From contig OX597821.1 in the NCBI GenBank assembly GCA_951406725.2, positions 77,190,001-77,254,000 of the forward strand: 64,000 nucleotides of DNA, written 5' to 3'. The notes beneath the pieces were generated by a model. The model saw nothing but the letters and a program-made list of their open reading frames with translations, searched no databases and was not told the origin of the DNA. Positions 1 to 13,405 of this stretch are shown piece by piece. The first letter of the stretch is position 1, and every line of letters begins with the position of its first letter. A program made the position numbers and the translations under genes. The DNA is from Octopus vulgaris. Taxonomy: Eukaryota.

Positions 1-100
1 AGTGTGGGTGGGTTTCTGATTGTGCCTATTTATATGAACCTATCTGTGTGCGTGTGTATATATATATGTGTGTGTGTGTCACTATGTATGTGCGTGCAGT

Positions 101-165
<65 letters not shown>

Positions 166-834
166 GTCATTTTATGTTTGTTAGTGTGAATCAACGTCAA
201 TGCTTTCTATGACAAATGGCCTCTCTTACATATCACCACCTGCTCATTGCAAACGCACACATATACTCGTGTACACATACATGCAGACGCATAAATACGC
301 AGACATGCATGCACGTACGCACAAGGAACATAAAGATGTCACCTAGTCACGTATATTTGCTTAAAACCATGTATTAATACGTATACAAACATATATATGT
401 ATGTATGTATGTATATATGTATGTATATATATATATGCATATACATATATACATATATATAAATACAATATTTATATATATGTTTATATATATGTATGTG
501 TGTGTATACATGCACTTAGGCAATATATTAGTATATATATATATATATATATATACTAATATATACTAATATACACTAATACGTGTGCATATATATATAT
601 ATATATATGTATGCACTCGTGTAAAAATATGTTCATGTGTAGATGTGTATAAATGCTCATATATATGCAATCTAAAAAGACATAATTTACTAAGCATGTA
701 TATACATAAATACGCTCACACACACACCACACACACATACACACACATATATATGCATGAATTTTATATATATACATATATAAATATACAAATGTATGTA
801 TGTATATAGATAGAGAGAGAAAGAGATAGATAAG

Positions 835-973
<139 letters not shown>

Positions 974-1040
974 TGATATTGTGTGTACGTGTAGGAATGG
1001 ATATTCCTAAGTGTATGTATGCATACGTAAATTTTATATA

Positions 1041-1107
<67 letters not shown>

Positions 1108-1585
1108 GTGTGTCTTTGTATACACAAATATATGTATGTGTGTGTGTGTGTGTACACTACATATGTTTGATTTCTATCTCTGTTCTTCTTCTTCTCGACT
1201 CTTCGAACCTCCTGCTGTTGAAATGCAAGCCCTTAAGTATTCGAGGCTAAGGCGTTGTCTTGATTAACCTTCAACTCCCACGGTACCCAGACGTTCGTTT
1301 TTTTCTTGTGTTCTTGACAACTACTTATTCCAGCTTCCACTTTTCAATTACCAAGACACTTAAGCTCTTTCAAACGCTTATGACAGGATCTGACTTACGT
1401 ATCGGAACAATGTTCTGGCCACATCGATGAAAAAAAAAAAATTAAGAATCACGCTCGCTAGGGCCTCTTAATTCGAAAGAGCTTACAACATTTTAATTTC
1501 CCTGTGTGTGTGTGATTGTATGTATTTCTCTGTATATATGTAAGTGTATGTACCTCTGTGCGTGTCTTTATATGTGAGCATGTGT

Positions 1586-1780
1586 GGCCCGAAAGTTTGC
1601 GGGGGGGGGGCAGTTGATTACATCGAAATCAGTACGCAACTGGTACTTAATTTATCGACCCCGAAAGGATGAAAAGCAAAAAAAAAAAACAAAGATGCTC
1701 TCGGCGGAATTTGAACTCAGAACATAAAGACAACTAAGCATTTCGCCCGGAATGTTAACGTTTCTGCCAGCTCGCTGCCT
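1586..1780 (-). mobile_element. tRNA-derived SINE, family A
   Basis: Reverse complement of the GGCGAGCTGGCAGAAACGTTA...GAGTTCAAATTCCGCCGAG...TTTCATCCTTTCGGGGTCGATAAA unit that recurs more than 10 times in the window. Confidence 0.85.
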
Positions 1781-1940
1781 CAGTTCTTCGTATTCTATTA
1801 CAGTACAAGTTTATATTTGTGACTACCGACGTTAATAAATTAAAGCCACTTTTCTTCATCAGCTTTCAACTTCTTCAACACCCAATTGCATTTGACTTTT
1901 ATAATTACATTATATTAGCTTTTATTTCTTTATTATCATA

Positions 1941-3249
1941 TCTATATCTATAAAAGAGTCCTTGGACGAAAATTGTATGCACATTTTGCTTTGACGGTTA
2001 ATGGCGGAAATTGTATGCTAGGATCGAGCTGAAAATTGGCAGGGATATTAAATGCGTGGTTAGGATGAGACATGCGATGGTTAAAATTCGCAAGCTATAA
2101 AGATGTGGTTGCGATGGCAAAAAGAGTGATTTTTTATCGATTCAAGGGGGCTGAGAGCGCCTCTAGGCTTGTGCGATTGGCTTTTAATGCCCAGCAGCAT
2201 GCAGTGCAGGCTGTTGTGCTTAATAAACATACATTTTGTCGCGAAATTCCGGCTACTAGGAAACGATTTGTCATTGTGAAAAAATGGGTGCTTTTTGCCC
2301 TCATTTTCTTTTTAATCTTTTTATAAAAGTGAAAGGATTTGGCCTATTTATTTCCGCTGTCCACTTACGATGGTGATTCAGTTGACTACGAAAACTATGC
2401 GTGATGAATATCCAATACCAAACTATCTTAATCTACATATTGAAACTGCATTAAACTTTGGCAAGCTTACCTTTACCTATTCTGAGTTACTTGAAAGGTG
2501 ATTTTCCCTTCCCTCTCTTCTGATTGTTGATACTTTTTTTTTTAAACTTTGATACCGTTGTTTCACTTTAAGGATGCTTCTTTACCCAGGCATTATGATA
2601 TTTCGACTGCTGTCCATTGTTTCAAATAGATTTTAGCATTGTCATTCTAGCCTTTTTTAAACACTCACATATGATTCGTCCCAAAGAATCAACCTTTAAA
2701 TAAGAGTTTTGCTTCCACTAGCGAAAGCTATACGTATCTTTCAGGAAGCTCCATACCAATTTAACTTTATGCAACATTCGCTGTTAGTTTATGTGCACAC
2801 TATGTGGGAAGATAGAATAAAGGGGATTTTGTTAGCTTTTTTTTCCGAAAAAATAGCTCCCTTTGCTGTTGGAAAAAATAAACTCGCAGAGGGAAAGTTT
2901 CAACATCTTCCTTCAACTTCCTTACACCATTTATGTGTCTGCTTCTGACAAGAAATTTCATTTTCATGTAAAACAACTATATTTTGTAGTCATTATCCGT
3001 AATCTACTCCCAAAACATTTCAGTAACTCTGCTTTATATCGCTTGCAAACTTACATGTTCTATGATAATCAAAGTGCAACGACCTCCACAATAACCAACT
3101 TTCAGTTTGATTTTCCGTTCCTAGATTAATCGGAAACAGATTGTCATGCTTCTCGCCATTACCTTGTGCTTCTCGGTAGTTCAATTATTTGGTGAAAAAA
3201 ATACCACGAAAGCAACTTAAACCGTCCAAAGGACAGGTGCGTTTGCTAG
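1941..3249 (+). mobile_element. Probable non-autonomous Helitron
   Basis: Starts A|TCTATATCTATAAAA and ends CTAG|T (3246-3249), preceded by an imperfect hairpin CCGTCC-AAA-GGACAG (3222-3236). No TSD. That the two ends belong to one element is inferred. Confidence 0.55.
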
Positions 3250-3417
3250 TAAATAATAATTTTCAAAAACTGTTCGCGGATGACCTATTCCTAGCGATTA
3301 AATAAATACATGAAATTCAGAAGAAATGATAGTCAATTTTAGTAACACCATAACAGTTTGATTGCTTCAAATTTTGGCACAAAAATTCTAAATTTAGGGG
3401 GAAGGAATAGATGATTA

Positions 3418-3658
3418 CAGTAATCTTTGGCCATATCACGGTTCGCCCATTGCGGTTCACCTATCGCGGTTTATTATCTAAGCTTACGTCGATTCCTCTG
3501 TGGTGTTGTTTTGAATTTATAATAAAATAAATATATACAAATTATGAAAATAATTAAAAAAAATATACAGTACAGTACTGCTTGTACGTCGTGGATTTTC
3601 ACCTATCGTTGGGGTTGGGGGTTGGAACGTAACACCCACGATAGTCGAGGGATTACTG
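3418..3658. mobile_element. Tc1/mariner-pogo (Tigger-like) MITE inserted in a degenerate family A SINE
   Basis: Imperfect TIRs CAGTAATC...ATCACGG and CCACGAT...GATTACTG with TA on both sides. It splits the SINE motif gatta|catcgatccc. Confidence 0.75.
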
Positions 3659-5091
3659 TACATCGATCCCTGTACTAGATTCATACTTTATTTTATTGAC
3701 CCTGAAAAGATGAAAGAAAAAGTTGAGCTGGGCAGAATTTTAGCTGAGAATTTAAAGGACAAGAAAAAAACGCTAAGCATTTTTAGTCCGACGTTCTAAT
3801 GACTCTTCCAGCCCATCTCCTTCCATCGTAACACACTTTTAAAAAAGCTAATAGCAAGAAGCAATATATTTTTCCATTGAAATAAAATAGAAAAAAAAAA
3901 CTAATATGGCGCTTTCAAACCTCCCACCGATTTTTCTCTATTCTATAACAAATCTTTATCTTTAAAAAATATGTTGTGCTATTTTAAACAATATAAATAA
4001 TGCCGCTTAAAATATTGTCACAGAATTAGATGATGAAAATAGAGGCCGAAACATTCTGTAACATAAAAAACAAACTTTTCTTTTAAAGCTCATCAACCGC
4101 TTTTACCCACCTCCCTTCCACAGAACTTATTAACCCTTCCAAACCGATTTAAGTGTCACTACTTCAATCATATCAGATCTTGCCCTTTCTGAAACTAAAC
4201 TTTAATCAAGTGAAAGTGAATAGGTTTTTTATTCGAAGCTGAGATTTGACTGCTACTTGCTGCAGGTCGAGCGGTCACGTTGTACATGACTACACCTTGG
4301 TTCACTCGTGAACCCCTGTTTTGGAGTTCATCAGATCACAGATCCTTCTACAACACGTGTAAATAAAGCGCCTTAGCATTATCTTTGACAGAAGGAAACT
4401 CACTTCTTACAATTTGATATTAAAACAAAAATTTACTGCTCTACGATCACTGCAATCGGTGCACTACAAACCAGCGACCGGTACTAAGGACCTGTTGTTT
4501 TGACAACTCTACTTGTATCGCTTGCCGCTTTTGTGGAGAAGACGGTTTGTTGATAATAGCTTAAACACCGAAATAACTGATGGAGTCTGTAAAAACTCTC
4601 ATAAATATTTCGAAAATTTACGTTTTTCTTTTACAGTTGAAGCTTTTAAAGATGTTGATACATTTTAACCGAGATAATTCACAATACGTACCCCATGAAA
4701 AAGAAAATGAAGAGCATCAATAGGTTCATAACTTTTCCAGTCACCCCAATAAGAACTTACTAAAAAATATTTTCTTGGGGCAATCTACATTTAAAAAAAA
4801 AAACAATTCTTTTTTAACATGACATTGAACCATTACAAGCAATCAAAATCAGCCGCGGTTGCACAAACATAGAAACAAATAGATTGGTGGTATAATTCAC
4901 GGTTCGAATTAATAACTTATAACAATAGATATCTCCAAACTAGAATCAGAGCAATTCCCTCTGAAACACATGTATAAAAAATAATTCGAATTATTTATAC
5001 AAGAACGTGCTTTTAGCCTTAAAAGTGAATTCTACAGCAAAAGAAAAAAACAAGAAGTACTTTATTGCGTCACGATCAGCCTAATATACTC

Positions 5092-5165
5092 GTTTTTAAA
5101 ATAAAAGTTTTTAAAATAAAAGTTTTTAAAATAAAAGTTTTTAAAATAAAAGTTTTTAAAATAAA
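5092..5165. repeat. 15-bp minisatellite (GTTTTTAAAATAAAA)n
   Basis: About 5 tandem copies are directly visible. Confidence 0.9.
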
Positions 5166-5704
5166 ATAAAATAAACACTAAGTTTTTAAAATACGAAAAT
5201 GAGATTTTATCAGCACACACAGACGCATATTTAGAAACCTAAAGACCAGAAAACCGAAATTTGGTCTTTAAAGTGTCTTAATATTAAATGGTGACTTTTA
5301 TTTTTCATCTTCTGCAAAACCTACACAAACAAATAAACATTATTTATTTTTCGCGTCTAAATCATATGAAGTTTTATTTTTAAGCCCATATACTTTAACC
5401 GACATTCAGAATAAGTCCCATCTTGTAAACATTGGATCGCTAGAACTTCAAAATAATTCAATTTTTTTTTATATTCCCAAATAATCAATGTTTTATTGAA
5501 CAGACATTCATTATAGCTCTGACTTTGGTTGTGGATTTCTATTTAAGTATAAACAATGCCAGCATCATGTAACTGAGAAGCTATATTAGCAACTCAAAAG
5601 CCGGGAGTTTCGTGAACTTATGCATACATACATATATACACACATACATCCATACATACGTACTTTCGTACGTAAATACGTACATACGTACATATATGCA
5701 TACC

Positions 5705-5765
<61 letters not shown>

Positions 5766-5979
5766 CATAGTACATACATATATGTATGTATGTGCTGCGT
5801 ACTTATGTATGTATATATCTATATATACATGCATTCAGATACGTTTTTTTTAATTCACAATCGAAAGAAATAACTGAGGCTTCACTCACCATTCAGTAAC
5901 GATGGAATGATACCTCATATCGGAACACCTGTGCGCACGCACACACACACACACATGTATGTTTGTGTGTGTGTGTGTG

Positions 5980-6045
<66 letters not shown>

Positions 6046-6129
6046 CATATTTATGTATGAAATATTCATCTGATAAGCAAGTCGTATATTTGTAGGAGGA
6101 AGGAGAGAACGTGTGAAGAAGCCACTCAC

Positions 6130-6403
6130 CTGGTCGCGAGAATGATGTTTTGCTGGCCGTTCTGTCCGGTGGTTGGTAACTGCTAACCTGATTGAGGGAC
6201 CTAGTAAAATGTTCGTCTACAACAACCGACGTTTCTCCCGTAAAGTAAGTTAGAAGAACACAGTTGGGATTGAGATATTGTACACTTCCTTTCGATTGGT
6301 CACCTTTTTCGAACTCCTCGTCACTCTTCGTAACCGAGCTTGATCCTTGGTGAATGTAATGTCCAGGACTGCTGACGTCGTACATAGATGGAATAGCATA
6401 TTT
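6130..6403 (-). CDS. vgll: Internal exon of a vestigial-like (Vg/TONDU domain, VGLL1-3 type) TEAD cofactor gene
   Basis: Translation KYAIPSMYDVSS...VQYLNPNCVLLTYFTGETSVVVDEHFTRSLNQ...SRP matches the TONDU motif (CVLFTYFQGD..SVVDEHFSRAL). Acceptor ttcttgttctgatttcAG| precedes 6403 and donor CAG|GTGAGT follows 6130. 274 nt, phase 0 to phase 1. Flanking exons not identified. Confidence 0.93.
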
Positions 6404-6510
6404 CTGAAATCAGAACAAGAAGAACATTTTAACATACGCTCACGGCAACATTGCTGAAGGATACAGTTGTATACGGAATATAGAAATTGACATATGCTGA
6501 TAAGCACGTT

Positions 6511-6800
6511 TTTAGCCTAGTGGTTAGAGCAGCGGACTCACGGTCGAGGGATCGCGGGTTCGAATCTCAGACGTGTGTGTTTATTAGCGAAACACCTAAG
6601 CTCCACGCGGCTCCGGCACAAGGTAATGGCGAAATTCTGCTGACTCTTTCACCACAACTTTCTCTCACTCTTTCCTCCTGCATCTTGCAGCTCACCTGCG
6701 ACGGACCGGCGTCCCGTCCAGGTGGGGAACCTATACGCCAAGGAAACCGGGGAAACGGCCCTTATGAGCCAGGCGTGACACGAGAACGAACAAACAATCA
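6511..6800 (+). mobile_element. tRNA-derived SINE, family C-related
   Basis: A box TAGCCTAGTGG and B box GGTTCGAATC. Body is similar to the copies at 23800-24110 and 28887-29196. Confidence 0.85.
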
Positions 6801-7033
6801 TCGACTAATTGAACATTCGTTAAGAATTTCATTGGTTGGGTACATCTATGCACATATTAAAAATGTATAATGATATCTTGTTGATATAACATCGATTATT
6901 CATACACACATATAAACACAAACAAACATACATACATACATACATACATAAATACATACATACATACATACATACATGTATATATATGTATGTGTGTATA
7001 TATAGAAATACATACACACACACACATATATAA

Positions 7034-7084
<51 letters not shown>

Positions 7085-7181
7085 ATATTAGAAAAAAACA
7101 CCTTTTATCAATTCTAAACTGAATTCTTTTTCCTTGTAAGTTTGGATTTTATTCCCTCAAATAATAATTATACATATATAT

Positions 7182-7274
<93 letters not shown>

Positions 7275-7508
7275 TGCACATATACATATATACACACATA
7301 TCTGTATATGCATATATACACTATAGATATGTATAGATAATATACTTTTTCCGACGATGGTTCATATGGCCGAAACTTTGAAGAAACTGCCAATAATATT
7401 CTTCTTCAAGAATAATAAATTTGTACTCTACAGAAGTATAGAGTAGCCGATCTGATTAATGTAAAAATTGTTTTTTTAAAATTATAACTGAGCATAAAAA
7501 CAAACATT

Positions 7509-7558
<50 letters not shown>

Positions 7559-8177
7559 GTGCGCATATATATGTATACACATACAAACATACATATATAT
7601 TTATACGTAAATGCATATACACACAAATATATATATATATATTTATCTTCAACTGTCTGTTTATATGAATCCATATACATATATATATATATATATATAC
7701 ATTCACATACAAACATACTCACACATACATATATGCTATGCCATGCCATACTGCAACAACAGAATGCATACACACACACACACGTGTAGATGCAGCTATG
7801 CGATCGTGGATGTTTATACGTTCTTCAAATATATTTATGGAATGCCTTGTTGGTTCCTGATATACCACATTCCTTCGATTGCCAGTTTTTTTTTTTTCTT
7901 TTTGTAAACAGAGCAGAATATTCGTGGCTGCAACACGTCAGAAGATCAGCTAGAATTTAACAAGACAGACTAATTAACAATGTTCTTGTTATTAGAGATA
8001 TCGGTTTAGCGTGGATACGTAATATTCTTCACTGATCAGCGATCCGACATGCCTACCTACACCACTTTACTAATGATACAATATGCTTGCAACGGGGCGG
8101 GTTTCTTTGCTCTTCTTGCTGGCGCGGCTTCTACCACGGATGCTGCTACTGTCGTTCTTCCTCACATGGATACAGCT

Positions 8178-8244
<67 letters not shown>

Positions 8245-8295
8245 GATACAAATACGCGCGGGCGAAAATATACATGTATATTCGCAGTTATATAT

Positions 8296-8604
8296 AAGAG
8301 AGTCAAAAAGTAATGCCATTTTGTTTAGGACAGGTGTAATTATCAACACAGGAACGTGTATCATACTTCAAAATGAAGCTGGTTCTCTGTGGATCACATC
8401 CCTACTTCTCAACATAGTCACCATTTCTCTCAATAGCACCATTTCTCTCAAGGATACATGCTCTCATTCGAAGGTGGAACTATGTTGAGAAGTAGGGATG
8501 TGATCCACAGAGGACCAACTTCACTTTCATGTATGATACATGTTCCTGTGTTGGTAATTATACCTGTGCTAAACAAAATGGCATTACTTTTTGACTCACT
8601 CTCG
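8296..8604. mobile_element. Mariner-derived MITE with ~120-bp inverted arms
   Basis: GAGTCAAAAAGTAATGCC...CTCAACATAG is inverted at CTATGTTGAG...GGCATTACTTTTTGACTC. The right end reads TA-CGAGAGTGAGTCAAAAAGT on the minus strand (mariner-like TIR). Confidence 0.75.
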
Positions 8605-8636
8605 TATATACGCTCTCTTTTTATTTCTTCGTGTTC

Positions 8637-8672
8637 CTTTCTGTTGAAGAGCGTAGGCTCGAAACGTAAAAG
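8637..8672 (+). ncRNA. Minimal type I hammerhead-like motif (variant core) in a dispersed repeat
   Basis: CTTT-CTGTTGA-A-GAGC-gtag-GCTC-GAAAC-GTA-AAAG, with stem I CTTT/AAAG and stem II GAGC/GCTC. The core deviates from CUGANGA. Confidence 0.6.
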
Positions 8673-9028
8673 ACGTTCTCACCTTCCCGAGCGTCAAACT
8701 AATACACCTGCTTGTTGTTTATACACCTGTCTTATATACATATATGTGTGTGTGTGTGCGTGCGAGCGCGCGTGTGTAGGTAGAACTTTGCAAGCAGGTG
8801 AATATTTAGGTGTGATCCTTTGGCAGGTAGGGGTAAAAGTGTTTGCAAGTTTATCATTTCTTGTTTGAGTGGATTTAATCCTTTGCTTTGTCAGTGTAAA
8901 AGTTAAAGGTTCAAGCTTTGGTCCAGTATTGAAAAACTTAGTAATTGGGTGTGTCAACTTTTTGTAAAGGAATTTTTCAAGATTTCACAAAAGAATGCAA
9001 TTAGGTGTTAAATGTTCGTTTCATGTGT

Positions 9029-9128
9029 NNNNNNNNNNNNNNNNNNNNNNNNNNNNNNNNNNNNNNNNNNNNNNNNNNNNNNNNNNNNNNNNNNNNNNNN
9101 NNNNNNNNNNNNNNNNNNNNNNNNNNNN
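9029..9128. other. Assembly gap (100 N)
   Basis: Run of N. Confidence 1.
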
Positions 9129-10264
9129 GAAGGTTGGGCTTCCAGTCAAGCCTTTCGCGATGCCCTTAAAGCCAGGAACTTTTTAACACTCCTTCGTATA
9201 TACATTTATATATGTGCACACACATACACAAAGCACATATGAGCAAAAGCAAAATGAATATTTAATGCCACATAGAGAGTGTTATACCAAATTTTATTCA
9301 GGCTAAAAATCGTTGCCCGGGACGCAGGTAACATCTAACTCAGAAAAACATTCTATGAAGTTTTGTCAGCTTTGTATGCGGACACAAACGCGCGCACCTG
9401 TACCCACGATCATGCTTTGGTAAAGCGAAGTATTTCCTCATATTTCCTCCGAGCAAACCCAACTTTTGCTTCAGCTAAAAACTTTTCAATACCAGTGGGT
9501 TGAAATTAAGTAAAAATAAATTAAACTCAGAGTTCTTTAATGATATTTCTTACGTTTAAACTGAAAGTTGGATCATAACAGCGGATATTTCAAGGCGAGA
9601 CTTACGATTGAAAAGATTAGAAGCGGAGGCACAGTGAATTTTATCTAAAAAGCCGCTGTTGCTTAAACCTCTTGTATTTGTCACTGTGTGTAAGCGTGTA
9701 GATATGTGTGCGCGCGCGCCTGTGTGTGTGTGTGTGTGTGTGGAAATGTTTGTGCGTCTGTATTTGTCCCCCTCAATCATTGCTTGACAACCACTGTTGG
9801 TGTGTTTACGTCCCCGTAACATAGCGGTTCGGCAAACAAAGAATAAGTCCTGGGGTCGATTTGTACGACTAAAGGCAGTGCTCCAGCATGGCTGCAGTCA
9901 GATGACTGAAACAAACAAAAGAATATAATGTGTGTGTGCGCGAATGTATGTGCGTGCATGTGTGTGTGCGTGTGGGGTGCGTATATGTTTATGTCTTTGT
10001 GCGCTTGTGTTTGTTTTTTCTATCGCTTGACAACCAGCCAGTGTTGGTTTGTTTATGTTCCCGTAACCTAGTGGTTCAGTAAAACACAACGACAGAACAA
10101 ATTCAAAACTTTAAAAAATAATTGATGAAATGGATTTTTTTCCTGACTAAACCTTTCAGTATACTGCTCCAGCATGACCGCTGTACACTGTCTGAAACAA
10201 GTAAAAGATCAAAGATGAAGCAGAGCAGTGTTTTGTATTTCTTAATATTATTGTCCTTTCGAGA

Positions 10265-10625
10265 TGGCGAGCTTGGCAGAAACGTTAGCACGCCAGGCGA
10301 AATGCTTAGCAGTATTTCGTCAGTCTTTACATTCTTAGTTCAAATTCCACCGAGGTCGACTTTGCCTTTCATCCTTTCGGGGTCGATAAATTAAGTACCA
10401 GTTACGCACTGGGGTCGATATAATCGACTTAATCCGTTTGTCTGTCCTCGTTTGTCCTCTCTGTGTTTAGCCCCTTGTGGGTAGTAAAGCAATAGGTTTT
10501 TCGTCTGCGGCTACGTTGTTAGTTCAAATTCCACCGAGGTCGACTTTGCCTTCCATCCTTTCGAGGTTGATGAATTAAGTACCAGTGGCAAAAATTTCGG
10601 GCCTTGTGCCTAGAGTAGAAAAGAA
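10265..10625 (+). mobile_element. SINE family A with partial internal duplication
   Basis: tRNA-like head; the AGTTCAAATTCCACCGAGGTCGACTTTGCC block occurs twice. Confidence 0.85.
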
Positions 10626-11133
10626 TATTATTGTCCTTTCATTGTGCACCCAATCTCAGTTTAGTGAGGAAAGGTAAAAGACAATGTTGTGAATTAAATT
10701 CCGTTAATTTCGTTGCGAATTAAATTTCGTTGAGAGTATCAATAATATAAGCTTTATTTGCCTTTTGCTATAAGTTTACCACTTAAGGTCTTAGGGTACC
10801 TTAAGTTCACCACTTGGTCTTAGGATTCTGTTGCAAGCTCTTCGGTAAGATTCTCGATTTCCTCCTCAGCCATGAGCTTCTTGGAAACATTTCAACAACA
10901 AATGTTTAAGCATCACTTAAATCAATCATAGAATTAAATGAAGGCCTTCTCAGTTCTGAGAATCTCCTCTCTGCTACTGAATAACTTACAAAATAAGGGT
11001 GACATGGAAGTAGTTGAACCTGATACTTGAGGCTAGTTTCCGAAAACAGCTCACCTCGAGATTATCATTGATGTTATGTCCCACTAGTCTATTGGTTTAG
11101 ATTGTCGTAGCTTTTTTTTTTTATAACCATATG

Positions 11134-11342
11134 GCACAGGAGTGGCTGTGTGGTAAGTAGCTTGCTTACCAACCGCATGGTTTCGGGTTCAGTCCCACTG
11201 CGTGGCACCTTGGCAAGTGTCTTCTACTATAGCCTCGGGCCGACCAAAGCCTTGTGAGTGGATTTGGTAGACGGAAACTGAAAGAACCCCGTCGTATGTA
11301 TATATATATATGCATATACGTATATGTATATATATATATATA

Positions 11343-11385
<43 letters not shown>

Positions 11386-11600
11386 TTGTGTGTCTGTGTT
11401 TGTTTCCCCAACATCGCTTGACAACTGATGCTGGTGTGTTTACGTCCTCGTAACTTAGCGGTTCGGTAAAAGAGATCGATAGAATAAGTACTAGGCTTAC
11501 AAAGAATAAGTCCTCGTTTCGATTTGCTCGGCTAAAGGCGGTGCTCCAGCATGGCCGCAGTCAAATGACTGAAACAAGTAAAAGAGTGAAAAGCGTAAGA
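11134..11600 (+). mobile_element. Near full-length tRNA-derived SINE, family B, with internal (TA)n(TG)n
   Basis: A box TGGCTGTGTGG, B box GGTTCAGTCCC, tail ...GACTGAAACAAGTAAAAGAG. Other copies or fragments lie near 9.8k, 10.1k, 18.6k, 22.4k, 27.2k, 28.2k, 30.2k, 40.4k, 41.5k, 44.2k, 51k, 56.1k and 61k. Confidence 0.88.
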
Positions 11601-11886
11601 GTAACTATCAATGACTTGCCCTGAGAGACATTCAGCGTTGCCCGGTCTTTGGGGAGAGTGAAAGAAATTCATCTCTGAATGAATATATTTGTGATCATGC
11701 ATTTGTTTACATATATAAGTGGTTATGTTTGACAAGACAGATAGCCAGACGTAGAGAGAAAGAAAGAAAGATAGCTAGACAGACGGACAGACAGATAGAT
11801 AGATAAACAGACATATAGATAGGTAGTCAAACAGGCAGAGATTACCTCTGTCTGTCTATATGTCTGTCTAGATGTGTTTCTCTCTC

Positions 11887-11926
<40 letters not shown>

Positions 11927-11962
11927 TGACAGACTGACAGACAGACAGACAGGCAGACAGAC

Positions 11963-12041
<79 letters not shown>

Positions 12042-12954
12042 CAGATATATAGATAGATACTGTATGGTTTCAATTCACGTTAAAAGAGACAAATTTAGGG
12101 AAACCCTACACATGCGTATATTCAGGGGAATACAATAAGTATTTAAACATCTGAGATATGAAGTTAGAACCCAGCTCCTAGAACGATACAACGTCTGCTG
12201 TTTACTTATAAAACACCAAACATAGGTCACCATGACTTTTATTTCATTTTTTTTTTCATTGTAGATATCAAAAAATCACTGACTTGGAGCGGCAGCATGT
12301 ATTCTATTTCGTTTCGTTTCATAAATTTAATTTCCAATACAACTTTTATATAAGCAACTTACTAGGGCCGATGCCCATCATTTAGCGAATGGTTGTACGG
12401 TTCTATTGCTGTTTCATGACAATGGCAAGCAAATAAGAATTTTGTAGTTTCGTAGGAAGTATAATGCCGACAGTATGTGTGGGAATCGTGACGTATTTAT
12501 TTAAAGTATTAGATTGAGCCGTCTTGAACATCGTAGTAACCCGAGAAAACGGCAAGCAATTATCTTGAAGAAATTAGCTCTCCAATAATATTTACCCAAA
12601 GGGCAGACGAATTCAAAACAAAACAGAACAAATGTAATGAAGAGTAATTCTATATTAGTTCTGAGTAAAAATGATGGAAGATTTTGGACGTAAAAATAAC
12701 ATTAAGTCATGTTTTATAAACATGGAGGCTGTTATAATAAAACAACTTATTGTTTTGAAATGCAGGGTTAACATTTGAAACTAAAATGACGGGAGTCAAT
12801 CCATGTAACATTGTATAATGGAAACTCGAAAAGATAGATCTGACAAGATATCCGGAAGTTTTCTTTAGCTACAAGCAGACAATGAAAACGAAAGTTAGTT
12901 TGGGGAGATAGAAACATCTGATAAAGGAATCTGAAGTTTTCATAGTAACATAAG

Positions 12955-13405
12955 CATCACCCACTACCGCAACAACAATCACCACCACTATCACTACGAC
13001 ACAACAACACTCACCACTACTACCACTACCATCAACACCGCCGCCGCTACTGCAACATTCACAACTCTCGCCATCACCGCCAATATCTCATTATCAACAT
13101 TATCACCACCACTATCACAGCTACTATCACCACCACGACCACCGCCACCACCATCACAACAACTACAACCACAACAACACTCACCACCACTACCACTACC
13201 ATCAACACCACCGCCACTACTGCAACATACACAGCTATCGCCTTCACCGCCACCATCACATTATCAACATTACCACCGCCGCTATCACAACTACTATCTC
13301 CACCACGACCACCGCCACCACCACCACCACAACAACAATCACAACTACTCGTCATCGTCGCCGCCATCACTACCACCACCACCACTGTCACAACCACAAC
13401 AACAA
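12955..13405. repeat. Degenerate (CAC/CAA/CAT)n low-complexity array with a higher-order duplication
   Basis: The block ACAACAACACTCACCAC...ACTGCAACAT occurs at about 13001 and 13171. Confidence 0.85.

Noticed and set aside
5915-6129. Extension of the TONDU ORF into HTHT repeats
   Set aside because: Read-through past a consensus GTGAGT donor into an intronic microsatellite.
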